Shown piece by piece: positions 29,856-39,762 of a stretch of DNA of 64,000 nt. The position numbers were made by a program, and so were the translations under genes. The stretch is from Escherichia phage 236Ecol005PP, in the sequence record PP434423.1. One strand, written 5' to 3'. How positions within the stretch are numbered: position 1 is the stretch's first letter; the number at the start of each line of letters is the position of its first letter. The notes beneath the pieces were generated by a model. That model made no database searches, was not told the origin of the DNA, and saw nothing but the letters and a program-made list of their open reading frames with translations.

Positions 29856-30542
29856 TTAAAAATCGTGGGTAGAATCAGCTTCAAGAGCTACTACATAATT
29901 CGCGTGTTCACCTTCAAATTTAGCAGCGCCTTGTTTACCTTTTGCCCAGAGCAGAAGTTTATAATTTCCTGGTTGCATTTTCATATTTGCCATATTGATA
30001 ATGAAATTAAATGTATTTTCACCATCATAATCACCAAGAGTCAAAGAATATTTAACACGGGTCAGAGCAGAATCTTCTACTTTATTAAAACCGTTAATTA
30101 CGATTTTACCTTCTTTTACCGTGATAGCAATTGTATCAATTTGCAGACCACGAGATACACGCAACAGTTGTTGAAGGTCTTCAGCTTTAATTTCAGTAAC
30201 AACAGATGCTACCGGGAATGGAATTGGTTTATTAGGAGCAACTACTGTACTCGGATCGGCTGCTGGCCAAAAAATTGTTGAACGGGCATCAGCAATTTTA
30301 ATATTACCATCTTCTGACTGGGAAATTTCTGCATCATCATTAACTAGAGACAGAATACCGAGAAAACCGTTCAAATCGTAAATTGCTACATCAAAATCAA
30401 TAGTGTCAGAAATATTTGCTTCCGCATAAGTTGTACCATTAACCGCGCGAGTCATAATAAATTGACCGGATTTAAGCATAATACCGGAGTTAATAGTAGC
30501 GAAATTTTTAAGCAGAGCAGTAGTATCTTTAGACAGTTTCAT
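29856..30542 (-). CDS. 45: sliding clamp
   Basis: 228 aa. Confidence 0.9.
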   Translation of the reverse strand: MKLSKDTTALLKNFATINSGIMLKSGQFIMTRAVNGTTYAEANISDTIDFDVAIYDLNGFLGILSLVNDDAEISQSEDGNIKIADARSTIFWPAADPSTVVAPNKPIPFPVASVVTEIKAEDLQQLLRVSRGLQIDTIAITVKEGKIVINGFNKVEDSALTRVKYSLTLGDYDGENTFNFIINMANMKMQPGNYKLLLWAKGKQGAAKFEGEHANYVVALEADSTHDF

Positions 30543-30564
30543 GTAATTTCCTTCAATTCAAATG

Positions 30565-30600
30565 AGATTTAATTTTATAACTAATTTAATAAAGCAATTA
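30565..30600 (-). promoter_or_regulatory. middle promoter (MotA box AATTGCTTTA plus TAAAAT) upstream of gene 45
   Basis: plus taaagcaat 30591-30599. Confidence 0.45.
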
Positions 30601-30987
30601 ACGATTAAAATCAGCAGCAATTGTTTCCGCAACAATTTGAGCAGCAACAATTAGACGTTCATCTGCATTATCGCAATAATCATCTTCAAGGCGTTCACCG
30701 CATGAAGTTATAATAAATTTAGCACCAGCATTTAAAGATTCTGCCGTATGTTTGCGCATCAGTTCAATCCATTTATCACTAACTTCACGATCGATAGCTT
30801 CATAATACGCATGACGAGCAGGTGCAGATTTAATTTTGCTCTGAATAACTTCCATCGCGTTATCAGAAAGAGACAAAACCCATGCTCGACGAATTTTATT
30901 TTGGTTTTGTGGATTTGATTCAGAACGCACGTGTTTTGGCTGAATATCTTTTACATCAACAGTATAATTCACAGTAATTTTAGTCAT
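30598..30987 (-). CDS. rpbA: RNA polymerase-binding protein RpbA
   Basis: 129 aa; size and position. Confidence 0.65.
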   Translation of the reverse strand: MTKITVNYTVDVKDIQPKHVRSESNPQNQNKIRRAWVLSLSDNAMEVIQSKIKSAPARHAYYEAIDREVSDKWIELMRKHTAESLNAGAKFIITSCGERLEDDYCDNADERLIVAAQIVAETIAADFNR

Positions 30988-30996
30988 AATACACCT

Positions 30997-31185
30997 TTAG
31001 TCATAATAATCAGTAACAGTCCAAGCTTCATTTCTGTTGGACATTATTTTCGTATATTCTGATTTAAATGCATTCTTAAGCATAGATTCAGTAACTATAT
31101 GTTCTTCATTAGAAAAATTATTTCTCAGAATATATCGTTTTATTTCAGGAATAGTTAATAGATGCTGTCCAGTTGAATATTCCAT
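30997..31185 (-). CDS. hypothetical protein (45.2 position)
   Basis: 62-aa ORF. Confidence 0.45.
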   Translation of the reverse strand: MEYSTGQHLLTIPEIKRYILRNNFSNEEHIVTESMLKNAFKSEYTKIMSNRNEAWTVTDYYD

Positions 31186-31199
31186 GTTTTTCCTCCATA

Positions 31200-31232
31200 G
31201 AGATTATACTCTAATAAATTAAAGCATAATCT
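31200..31232 (-). promoter_or_regulatory. middle promoter (MotA box TATGCTTTAA plus TATAAT)
   Basis: plus aaagcataa 31222-31230, attata 31203-31208. Confidence 0.4.
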
Positions 31233-31240
31233 CTTATAAA

Positions 31241-32923
31241 TTAAACCATTACAGTAAACCGACCAACTTTCTTCATTTGAAGATGCTGACCATATTCTTG
31301 CGGGTCATGGTCTTTATGCGAAATTATAAAAACATTAGTATTTTTCATTGAATTTATAATATTAGCTACGCCTTTAATACCTTCGGCATCAAATGACCCA
31401 TCAAACACTTCATCAAGAATTAATGTACTAATACTAACACCAGATACGATAGAAGCAATATCACGCCAAGTAAATAAAAGAGCAATATCGATTCGTGCTT
31501 TTTCACCTTCACTAAATGAAGCATAACTAAAATCTTCACGACCACGTGATTTAATTGTCTCATTAAATTCTTCATCTAATGTAAACACATAATCCGCTTC
31601 CATTATTTTAAGATAATGGTTAATCTGCTTATTAAATAATGGAATGTACTTTTTAATAATAGCGCCTTTAATACCAGAATCTTTGAGCATATCAGTCAAA
31701 ATTCCTCTATGGTATTTTTCCATTACTAAATTAGTTTTTGTCTTAACAATTTTATCAAGTTCTTCTTGAAGCAGTGCTATTTCATCAGCATGGTCAATAA
31801 ACTCAGATGATGCTTTTTCTATAGCTGCTTTAACTTTTTTAGCTTTATCTACCGTCGTGATTAAGGATTGCTTTTTATTGCGAATATCATTTGCCAACGT
31901 CTGCTGGGTTTTAATATTATCTCGGTATTCATCAACAAGAACTTTTAAATTATCACGATGTGTTGAAAGCTGTTCAAATGAATGCGTACATTCAGAAACT
32001 TTATCTTTAATTTTAGAAACAACTTTATCACCGGAACTTAATTGTGACAAACAGGTTGGACATAATCCACCTTCGTGATACATATTAATGACTTTATTAT
32101 ACGAATCAATTTTTGATTTAATTAAAAATGCTTCTTGACCGATTTTATTAAATGCATCAGTCGGGTCTTCATCCAAAACAATATTAACTAATCTTTCATT
32201 AGCTTCTTCTATTTCCGATTTTAACGTTTTAGCTTCTTTCGCCAAATCATCATACATATTCTGCAGACGAGTAAGGTTATCACCAGTTAATTTTTTCTGG
32301 CGTTCAACGTTATCATTATATATTTTAATTTGTTGGATAATACTATCTTTTTTAACATCAAGCACTTGGTTTTGTGAATTTAATTCACGTATTAGTGCTT
32401 TATTAAGCTTATCCATTTCAGCTAATGTTCCTACCTCAAGCAGGTCTTCCACAAGCTTTCTTCGCGCAGGGGTCGACAAACCCATGAAAGGGGTATACCC
32501 TGCTGTACCAAGGACAACAATCTGCTTGAAACTGGCATATGACATTCCGATAAGCTGTTCAAATTCTGCTTGGAAATCTTTACTGCTGGCAGATTCATTA
32601 AGACGTGTACCGTTAACGGTGATTTCGAAAACGTTTGGTTTTTGTCCTCTTTTGATATAGTACTTTTTCTCATCATATTCCATCCACAGTTCAACTAAAA
32701 GTTCTTTCTTATTTGTGCTGTTTATTAATTGACCTTTCTTTACATCACGAAATGGCTTGCCAAAAAGCCCAAATGTGATGGCTTCTAACATAGTAGACTT
32801 ACCACCGCCATTTCGTCCAGTAATAAGAGTTTTTTGAACCTTATCTAGTTGAATGTCAATAGGATTTCCACCTACTGACATTATATTTTGATACCTAACT
32901 CGGTTTAGTTTAAAATTCTTCAC
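31241..32923 (-). CDS. 46: recombination nuclease subunit (Rad50/SbcC-like ATPase)
   Basis: 560 aa; Walker A GRNGGGKST; coiled-coil with CPTC zinc hook. Confidence 0.9.
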   Translation of the reverse strand: MKNFKLNRVRYQNIMSVGGNPIDIQLDKVQKTLITGRNGGGKSTMLEAITFGLFGKPFRDVKKGQLINSTNKKELLVELWMEYDEKKYYIKRGQKPNVFEITVNGTRLNESASSKDFQAEFEQLIGMSYASFKQIVVLGTAGYTPFMGLSTPARRKLVEDLLEVGTLAEMDKLNKALIRELNSQNQVLDVKKDSIIQQIKIYNDNVERQKKLTGDNLTRLQNMYDDLAKEAKTLKSEIEEANERLVNIVLDEDPTDAFNKIGQEAFLIKSKIDSYNKVINMYHEGGLCPTCLSQLSSGDKVVSKIKDKVSECTHSFEQLSTHRDNLKVLVDEYRDNIKTQQTLANDIRNKKQSLITTVDKAKKVKAAIEKASSEFIDHADEIALLQEELDKIVKTKTNLVMEKYHRGILTDMLKDSGIKGAIIKKYIPLFNKQINHYLKIMEADYVFTLDEEFNETIKSRGREDFSYASFSEGEKARIDIALLFTWRDIASIVSGVSISTLILDEVFDGSFDAEGIKGVANIINSMKNTNVFIISHKDHDPQEYGQHLQMKKVGRFTVMV

Positions 32924-33135
32924 AAAAGATTCCTTTTAATGTATCTTTTAGACCATTCTATCATATCATCATAATCTAAAAAGTATTCATCAAATTCAGC
33001 CATGCAAACAACACCTTGCGCTGCTTTTGATGTGATATAAATTATTCCAACATATCTAGAATCTTCTTCGGTGTAATCAATATTTGCTATGAATTCATCA
33101 TTAATGTCAAATGTCGAAAACTTCACAGTATGCAT
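32920..33135 (-). CDS. hypothetical protein (46.1 position)
   Basis: ORF from ATG at 33135 (MHTVKF...). Confidence 0.4.
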   Translation of the reverse strand: MHTVKFSTFDINDEFIANIDYTEEDSRYVGIIYITSKAAQGVVCMAEFDEYFLDYDDMIEWSKRYIKRNLL

Positions 33136-33370
33136 CCTTAATACAAGATACAGCCATATCTTGTAATGATTTAGGTGTGTCATTATCTAAAATGTTGAAG
33201 TTAAAAGATACAGCCCAGTCAGTGCAGACCGTAACCTTTTTAATACAATTATCTTCAACTTCTAGCGGTTCAAACCAATATTCAATAATTTCTTTATGCC
33301 CAATATCATCTTTTACTTCGCATTCAAAATGCTGACTCATCATATCATTTTTAAATTCATCAAAAGTCAT
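33107..33370 (-). CDS. hypothetical protein (46.2 position)
   Basis: 87-aa ORF. Confidence 0.45.
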   Translation of the reverse strand: MTFDEFKNDMMSQHFECEVKDDIGHKEIIEYWFEPLEVEDNCIKKVTVCTDWAVSFNFNILDNDTPKSLQDMAVSCIKDAYCEVFDI

Positions 33371-34386
33371 TGTGTTGCCTCTACATATAGCTGATTTGCA
33401 TATTGAATAAGTGCTTCGCGGTCAGAATCAGTGATGTCTGGAATTGCATTAATGTATTCTTCCATCAACGTCTGAAGAGATTGAACTTCAACTTCTTCAC
33501 TATCATCTGACTCGACAGAGTTATCAATCTTTGACACAACTCGTAATGAATGCACAACTTTTTCTAGTTCAGATTCGAACTTCGTTAGATTTTTGTCTAC
33601 TTCAGTTACTATAACACGTACTGATAGATTTGTAAAATCTTTATAGTCAATTTTTCCCTTAAATGGATATTGAATTCGACGATGCCAGGTAGTGTTGTTT
33701 GGAATAAATTCCATTCGTTCTGTTTCTGTATCAAACATCCAGAACCCGCGAGGGTCATTCTCGTCACCTGCAGTTAGTGTCCATGGTGTCCCAATATATC
33801 TGACGTTAGCAGCCTCAGAGATAGTATGGAAGTGACCAGACCACACCTCTTTATAAGTCTTAAGGAAATCAGGTTCAAGACCGTGAGATTTCATTCCTTT
33901 ATAAAAATAAAATCCATTCAGCTCCCAGTGACCAACACAAAAAGAAGCAGATGAAGTTTTGATGTGTTCAAGAATTTCACCAGTATTTTCTTCGCACATC
34001 CAAGGAATTAAATCAATCAAACATCCGTCAAAATCTACTGTAGTAGGCTTATCATATACTTTAACATTAGGATATTTAGCCAAAAGCTCAGTAGAAGCAT
34101 TTGGATGCATTACATTTTTATAGTGGAGATCGTGATTTCCTACAATAGTATGTAATGTGATTCCAGCGGCATCAAGCATTTGAACTATTTCACGAGCAAA
34201 CTCCATAGTTTTATGCGTGATCGCTTTTCGTACATCAAAAATATCACCGTATTGAATCCATGTAGTAATTCCATTTTTCTTAGAATATTCTATCGCTTGT
34301 TTAATTCCATCAATTTGAATACCGCGAATCCATTCATCATCAGCTTTAACGCCTAAATGCCAATCACCCAAGTTTAGTATTTTCAT
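33367..34386 (-). CDS. 47: recombination nuclease subunit (Mre11/SbcD-like phosphoesterase)
   Basis: 339 aa; MKILNLGDWHLG and GNHD phosphoesterase motifs. Confidence 0.9.
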   Translation of the reverse strand: MKILNLGDWHLGVKADDEWIRGIQIDGIKQAIEYSKKNGITTWIQYGDIFDVRKAITHKTMEFAREIVQMLDAAGITLHTIVGNHDLHYKNVMHPNASTELLAKYPNVKVYDKPTTVDFDGCLIDLIPWMCEENTGEILEHIKTSSASFCVGHWELNGFYFYKGMKSHGLEPDFLKTYKEVWSGHFHTISEAANVRYIGTPWTLTAGDENDPRGFWMFDTETERMEFIPNNTTWHRRIQYPFKGKIDYKDFTNLSVRVIVTEVDKNLTKFESELEKVVHSLRVVSKIDNSVESDDSEEVEVQSLQTLMEEYINAIPDITDSDREALIQYANQLYVEATQ

Positions 34387-34987
34387 GGTGTCTTTTCCAT
34401 CCTAATTTAGCTGCTTTTGAAACTAGTTCTTTAATTTTTCCTTTTGTCCATTCAGGACCAGGAGGTTCATGACATAACATTTGCTTAACTCCGTTATTAT
34501 ACCATTTTTTACCTTTATTATGTGATGAAGCTTTAAATTTATTTGACCTTCCTTTTACATAACCTTCTGGAATATACGGTAAAAAGGCAGATTTTCCTGT
34601 TAATGGGTCATGTGAATGTATGTTTCCTTTACAATTATGAGAACCATATAATGGATGATTTTGTCCTTTAATATCTCTTCCAAATGAACCTTTTGGAGCA
34701 GCATATGACATATTAAAGAATAATGGATTTTTAACCGCATTATGCAAACGTTGATAATATAGCTCGCATTTAATAGCTTCTTCGCGCGTATCAAATTCAT
34801 CTAAAATGCATGAATCAAATAAATGTGGGTTATTTGAAAGTTCTTCATTATAAATTTTCTTATACTTTTTAGATAAAACTGATCCATGATAGCCGGCTAA
34901 ATGCCTATCTAAAGATGTAGATCCAATATAAAAAGGAGGAAGTTTATCTCCACTATATATTGTTAAATAAGTTATATATTTTTTCAT
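34364..34987 (-). CDS. GIY-YIG homing endonuclease (Seg-like)
   Basis: 207 aa; LTIY ... FYIGST GIY-YIG motif; C-terminal KKWYNNG motif. Confidence 0.65.
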   Translation of the reverse strand: MKKYITYLTIYSGDKLPPFYIGSTSLDRHLAGYHGSVLSKKYKKIYNEELSNNPHLFDSCILDEFDTREEAIKCELYYQRLHNAVKNPLFFNMSYAAPKGSFGRDIKGQNHPLYGSHNCKGNIHSHDPLTGKSAFLPYIPEGYVKGRSNKFKASSHNKGKKWYNNGVKQMLCHEPPGPEWTKGKIKELVSKAAKLGWKRHHENTKLG

Positions 34988-35147
34988 ATATCAAGAACCG
35001 TCATTGAAATGCAAAATAAAATTATTGAAATAAATCCATCTGGAGTACTAAAGAACCCAATCCAACATGCTCTAGCAAATAGATAAAATGCAAGAAAAAG
35101 TATCACATATCCAAGAAATATCATTATATCAAACTCCATATAAAGCT

Positions 35148-35165
35148 AAAGGGCCGAAGCCCTTT
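35148..35165 (-). terminator. UUCG-tetraloop hairpin after agt
   Basis: aaagggc-cgaa-gcccttt overlapping agt stop codon. Confidence 0.45.
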
Positions 35166-36366
35166 ATTTTGTAATAATGTCAAACTGTTCTTTAAAGCAG
35201 AAGCTTGAATCTTGGTGCTGATACAAAAATTCATAAGCTTTTTCACGTTCACGGTCATAAAGAGCTCGGTCAGATGACAGTTCTTTAATACGTTCGAGTG
35301 TCGATTCCATGTCATTTTCATCAAACCAAATGATACCGCTATCATGCGAGGTCAAAGGAGTATTATCAACACGGAATTTCAAATTATCACCCGTTGATTT
35401 CCAGAAAACAGGAATTGTACCACAAGCACCTAATTCAAGATGAGTATATTCGAGTGAGCGTTGTAAGTATTTCTGGTTAAGTTTACTCAACTGATATCCA
35501 AAGCCAGATTTACTCATTCGTTCAAGCATTTCACTATTAATATAACAATCTAGGATTTGTGCCGGTTGATTCGGCGCGAGATTCATTTTATCAATCTCAC
35601 GATTACCGTAATATTCATGCGGAATACCTTTTTCCTTAATTGCAATAAAAGCAGGGGAACGTTCAAGACCTTCCATTACAGTGGATTTACCAGCAGGTTT
35701 TAAGAATTTTTCATGAAAATCAAACATCTGATAAAAACCTTTCCATGTAGTCGTACGACCAATCCAACGGTTGATGTTCATGTTAATTTCAGAAACATCT
35801 TTCCAATAAGTTGACCGAACCTTCGCAATATCCATAGGAGGCTGAAAATTATATACTGTTGGTGCTTCTTCAATATCATCAAACAGAGAAACAGTTTCTG
35901 GATACCATTCTTTCATCAGAACTTTATTAAAATCACCATTATCAGAATGGCTAAAAATAACATCAGCTCGACGAACAGTTTCTTCTAATCCCAAATTTCG
36001 ACGCAAAGAAAGCACAGAATGATCATGCTGATAAACTACAACACGAATAGAAGGTTTAATATTATCTAAGAGTTTTTTATAGTTATTAATCGTAGCTTCT
36101 TGAACGGAAGTAGCAGGAACAGAATTAATAATTAGAATATCACAATCATTAATCAATTTAAGTGCTTTATCGTATTCTTTAGCTAAAATAACTGGAATTG
36201 AAAATGATTTGTGGTCATGAGAACTTGTACGAGTAAATGATTTATCTTTAGCATAAACCAGAGTTACTTCATGACCATTTTTAATGAACCAATCACGTTG
36301 CTCAAGAGAAAATTTAGTTACGCCGCAACCTTCAAGACCCCGAGCCATAAAAATGCATACTTTCAT
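35164..36366 (-). CDS. agt: DNA alpha-glucosyltransferase
   Basis: 400 aa; sequence MKVCIFMARGLEGCGVTKFSLEQRDWF... matches recalled T4 Agt. Confidence 0.9.
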   Translation of the reverse strand: MKVCIFMARGLEGCGVTKFSLEQRDWFIKNGHEVTLVYAKDKSFTRTSSHDHKSFSIPVILAKEYDKALKLINDCDILIINSVPATSVQEATINNYKKLLDNIKPSIRVVVYQHDHSVLSLRRNLGLEETVRRADVIFSHSDNGDFNKVLMKEWYPETVSLFDDIEEAPTVYNFQPPMDIAKVRSTYWKDVSEINMNINRWIGRTTTWKGFYQMFDFHEKFLKPAGKSTVMEGLERSPAFIAIKEKGIPHEYYGNREIDKMNLAPNQPAQILDCYINSEMLERMSKSGFGYQLSKLNQKYLQRSLEYTHLELGACGTIPVFWKSTGDNLKFRVDNTPLTSHDSGIIWFDENDMESTLERIKELSSDRALYDREREKAYEFLYQHQDSSFCFKEQFDIITK

Positions 36367-36384
36367 TTAATATCCTCATTGTTT

Positions 36385-36418
36385 TGGTTTATTTTACAAA
36401 AAATTTATAAAGCAATAT
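36385..36418 (-). promoter_or_regulatory. middle promoter (MotA box ATTGCTTTA plus TAAAAT) upstream of agt
   Basis: plus taaagcaat 36408-36416. Confidence 0.45.
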
Positions 36419-36432
36419 AGGAGCAGAAGCTC

Positions 36433-36606
36433 CTATCCGCATAATACACCATACAGAGGCTCATTAGAGCTTCTAAATTTTATACGTTTATATGTTATAG
36501 TTCCTTCCGCTTTAGCTTTATCATGAGCCTCTTTAAAGCGTCTCATCATTTCCTCTTTAGAGGAACGAATTTTATTATAATCTATTTCAGAAGTCTGGAT
36601 GTTCAT
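36433..36606 (-). CDS. small hypothetical protein (sub-threshold ORF)
   Basis: 57 aa MNIQTSEIDYNKIRSSKEEMMRRF... Confidence 0.3.
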   Translation of the reverse strand: MNIQTSEIDYNKIRSSKEEMMRRFKEAHDKAKAEGTITYKRIKFRSSNEPLYGVLCG

Positions 36607-36609
36607 CTT

Positions 36610-36816
36610 TCACAGTTGCCACCATTTTTTGACTTGATAAGAATCAACCCACACTTTCATATTAGGGTCTGCTCTTACAATAGGAGGATTAACTTCTTTA
36701 ATTGAACTATCATGGTATTCTTTTTCAGAAATTTTCACACAAAGATGACCATTCAAAGATTCAGTAAATCCTGCATTAATTTTAAGACGCTTGAATTTTA
36801 CGTGTGTAAGCATCAA
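36610..36816 (-). CDS. hypothetical protein
   Basis: 68-aa ORF. Confidence 0.4.
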   Translation of the reverse strand: MMLTHVKFKRLKINAGFTESLNGHLCVKISEKEYHDSSIKEVNPPIVRADPNMKVWVDSYQVKKWWQL

Positions 36817-37099
36817 TCATATCCTCAATCTGCGATCTAGTAGTCTTCCAAAGAATACTAATGAGTTCATCGTTATATGGCTGTTTTAGAATATCCCGAC
36901 TTTTCTTGATAGCATATTCGTATTGAGCAAAATTATTGTTTTCAGCTGCAATCTGAGCGTGTTTATAAAGACGGTTCAGTTCGCGCTTATTTTTAGACAA
37001 TAACTTATTTGCTTTTCTTTCTGCTTCAAGACGGTTCTTTTCTTCAATAGAAGAAATAAGCTTTTCCACTTCATCATTAATTTCGGGTTTATCAGTCAT
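36782..37099 (-). CDS. hypothetical protein
   Basis: 105-aa ORF. Confidence 0.45.
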   Translation of the reverse strand: MTDKPEINDEVEKLISSIEEKNRLEAERKANKLLSKNKRELNRLYKHAQIAAENNNFAQYEYAIKKSRDILKQPYNDELISILWKTTRSQIEDMIDAYTRKIQAS

Positions 37100-37100
37100 A

Positions 37101-37319
37101 TTATTTCTCTAATATAAAATAAAAATCATCATCTGTTAAATGATACCGATAGTTTAATTCTACACCATTAGATTTAAAAGCGGTATCATACGGATTTTCT
37201 GGATCAATATCAATGTCAAGAGCTAAAACTTCCCTGAGATACATTTTAAGTAAATAGGGAATAGCTTCAACTTCAGGTATTTCTTCCAAGAATCCGGAGA
37301 GGTTAATCGTTAGCCTCAT
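37101..37319 (-). CDS. hypothetical protein
   Basis: 72-aa ORF. Confidence 0.45.
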
Positions 37320-37860
37320 ATAAAAAATCCAAACTAGGAGAATCGTCTACAACACTTTTCTTTTCAGCCCCTGGTGTTCTATAGGTTGATTCTTCGTAAT
37401 GCGTCATTTTATCGTAGATGTCTTGAATAAAAGTTTCATCTACTAACGCAACCATATCGTCGTCACGACTGTCATAGACATTGTGAACGAAGTAACTATA
37501 TTTCTTTGCAACTTCCTTACGTTCTTTTTTAATACGTTGGACGAATGCATTAAAACAAGCTTGAGTTATATATGCATGCGGGTTTTTATATTTCGTTTCA
37601 TCAAAATTATGAAGCCCCTTAATAGAAGCTTCTATACCATCTGCAATCATTTCTTGTTTCCAAGACTGGGTGTATCCTGAAAAGTTGAAACGTTTAGATA
37701 AGCCTTCTGCAATAAGCATAATGGCTAATCCGATAGTATCATTCTGACGAACTACTTTATTTGGGTCTTTATTATTTGCTAATTCTGTTTTCCAATCAAT
37801 AATAGCTTGTAAAAGCTCTTTATTGTTTACGTAATTATATTTAGGCTTAGTTTCTGACAT
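37303..37860 (-). CDS. 55: late-transcription sigma factor gp55
   Basis: 185 aa from ATG at 37860; [24 protein letters not shown] matches recalled gp55. Confidence 0.9.
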
Positions 37861-37938
37861 TTTCACCTCTTAGCTCAATTCATAGATCTATTATATCATA
37901 ATATTTGAAGATCTATCTTAAAGCATAGAGGATATCAG

Positions 37939-38208
37939 TTATCTAAGTAAACAGTATGCTTGGAATACTTTCTCCATCATCTTTTTAAATTCATGAATAT
38001 CTATATAATGATCATTAATATCAGCACGATATAAAAAGTCTAAAAACTTTTTATGGGTGTTAGAATATTTACTTCCAGTTAATTCAGAAACATGGCTTTC
38101 CCAATATCCAACACCAGTCTTATTTGGGAAAAATGAAATTTTCATATATTGGTCAACATAGAAAATACCAAAATTTTCAATAGCAATAGAAATATTAATT
38201 AATTTCAT
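37939..38208 (-). CDS. hypothetical protein
   Basis: 89-aa ORF. Confidence 0.45.
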   Translation of the reverse strand: MKLINISIAIENFGIFYVDQYMKISFFPNKTGVGYWESHVSELTGSKYSNTHKKFLDFLYRADINDHYIDIHEFKKMMEKVFQAYCLLR

Positions 38209-38426
38209 GCATTCATCAACTTAGCCGCTTCAAGAGCTGCATCTAGTGAATCAAATTGGTCAACGTATTCAATCAATTCGCCGTAATTAACATATAACCA
38301 CCATTGGCTAAATTCATACTCAAGGATGAATCCATTTCCTTCAATTTGAGTTAAACCAATGCCATTTGTATTTACTTCATATCCGGCAAGACGCAAATCG
38401 TTAATAAGAGCTTCATTCATATTCAT
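38205..38426 (-). CDS. hypothetical protein
   Basis: 73-aa ORF. Confidence 0.45.
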   Translation of the reverse strand: MNMNEALINDLRLAGYEVNTNGIGLTQIEGNGFILEYEFSQWWLYVNYGELIEYVDQFDSLDAALEAAKLMNA

Positions 38427-38749
38427 ACCTTAGTAATTTTCAGATCAGCAAATTTTTTCTTGCGTTGATTTTTCATACGACGAATAGTTTTATCAGAAAT
38501 TTCATGCTTTTGATAAGCTTTAGATTCTACACCAAAAGCTTTAACATCAAATTCTGACAAGATATATTGAACCATCAATTCACGGACAGTATTTCGTCCA
38601 ATCTTCTGATCATTCTGTTTCATCGTCTGATGAAGCTCTTTTTCCCATTTATCCAAAATTTGAGGAGTTACAATATCGCCTTTTTCTAGCAAAGAAACTA
38701 CTTTATCATATGCATAAGAATTGATGGCGTTTTTAATTTGAATAGTCAT
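38423..38749 (-). CDS. hypothetical protein
   Basis: 108-aa ORF. Confidence 0.45.
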   Translation of the reverse strand: MTIQIKNAINSYAYDKVVSLLEKGDIVTPQILDKWEKELHQTMKQNDQKIGRNTVRELMVQYILSEFDVKAFGVESKAYQKHEISDKTIRRMKNQRKKKFADLKITKV

Positions 38750-38787
38750 ACATTATCCTCAATTACATTAAAATTTTATTATCCAAA

Positions 38788-38803
38788 AAGGGCCGAAGCC
38801 CTT
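38788..38803 (-). terminator. rho-independent terminator (UUCG hairpin plus UUUUU)
   Basis: aagggc-cgaa-gccctt then A-run on plus strand. Confidence 0.5.
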
Positions 38804-39002
38804 AGCTAAACTTTTTGGCACCCTTCCAGCCTTCGTACATCATTGCGGCTGACATTAATATTGCTCCTGAGCAACTTGAATATTTGTGATTCCAAAACCA
38901 ATTTAGAAAAACTTCGTCATCAATACCTTGAGCTATCATATTTTCAAAGAACTGACGACGAGCTTCAGCAATTCGTTGTGATAATTTAGATTCAGGATTC
39001 AT
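38802..39002 (-). CDS. hypothetical protein
   Basis: 66-aa ORF. Confidence 0.45.
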   Translation of the reverse strand: MNPESKLSQRIAEARRQFFENMIAQGIDDEVFLNWFWNHKYSSCSGAILMSAAMMYEGWKGAKKFS

Positions 39003-39218
39003 TTAAATTTTCCAGTTACCGTTTTCATCAATGAATTTAATCCAGTCATTTACTGACCACTTGGTCGTATCGCCTTTTGGAGCAACATTTAAAGTGTATA
39101 ATCCTTGTTTAAAAAGCATACGTTTGATATTCATATTTTCCTCAGCTGTAACGATAACACTCGTTTGATTTACGTTTAGCAACTCGTTGAGAAGTATTGT
39201 AATCAAAATCATCGTCAA
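39003..39218 (-). CDS. hypothetical protein
   Basis: 71-aa ORF. Confidence 0.45.
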   Translation of the reverse strand: MTMILITILLNELLNVNQTSVIVTAEENMNIKRMLFKQGLYTLNVAPKGDTTKWSVNDWIKFIDENGNWKI

Positions 39219-39435
39219 TGTAAACTGATTTTTTCAACTTTCTTACTTCACTACGTAATTGACGATTTAGCTCATCTTTAACTTCTGAATCAATGCCTTT
39301 CATTCTACGCCATTTATCAGAGCGAAAAATGTTTTCAACCATATCTTTATGACTTACACCATCAGGAGCTTTACGCTTTCCGAAATAGTCATAATCACGT
39401 ACTTTTAAATCTTTACGACGATACGTTTTACCCAT
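39142..39435 (-). CDS. hypothetical basic protein
   Basis: ORF from ATG at 39435 (MGKTYRRKDLK...). Confidence 0.4.
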   Translation of the reverse strand: MGKTYRRKDLKVRDYDYFGKRKAPDGVSHKDMVENIFRSDKWRRMKGIDSEVKDELNRQLRSEVRKLKKSVYIDDDFDYNTSQRVAKRKSNECYRYS

Positions 39436-39604
39436 GGAGTTTAATTTCCTTAGCAACTGAACTAAATACAGCACGGTCACAAATCATGCGTTTGTTCCAT
39501 TTAAGTACAGTATAATGAACATCTAGATCATCTACTGCTGTAACAATAACAATATGTCCGTTAACACGATAATACTGGTCCCTTTTAATCTCTTTATCAA
39601 CCAT
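39428..39604 (-). CDS. small hypothetical protein (sub-threshold ORF)
   Basis: 58 aa MVDKEIKRDQYYRVNGHIVIV... Confidence 0.3.
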   Translation of the reverse strand: MVDKEIKRDQYYRVNGHIVIVTAVDDLDVHYTVLKWNKRMICDRAVFSSVAKEIKLHG

Positions 39605-39631
39605 ATCAATTCCTCAAAGGCAATTCATATG

Positions 39632-39667
39632 TTAATAATACCACAGTTTGAACTTCTTGTAAACAAC
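39632..39667 (-). promoter_or_regulatory. T4-type early promoter (GTTTAC / TATTAT)
   Basis: plus gtaaac 39659-39664, ataata 39635-39640. Confidence 0.45.
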
Positions 39668-39762
39668 TTTGTGAAAATTATTTTAGGGAATGATAAGAAG
39701 GGAACGATAGCTTAGAATGGTAATATACAGAATGTGAGAAAGAAAGGCCCAGAGGGCCCGTC

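Noticed and set aside
32431-32694. Minus-strand ORFs nested in gene 46, the Seg-like gene and the agt 3' end (also 34600-34800, 35124-35345, 25152-25337, 26358-26549)
   Set aside because: Alternative-frame ORFs inside genes with strong motif support; no independent start signals.
32920-33370. Possible frameshift joining the two 87-aa ORFs between genes 46 and 47
   Set aside because: The second ORF has its own ATG with an ordinary 29-nt overlap, so two genes (46.1/46.2-like) are more parsimonious than another frameshift.
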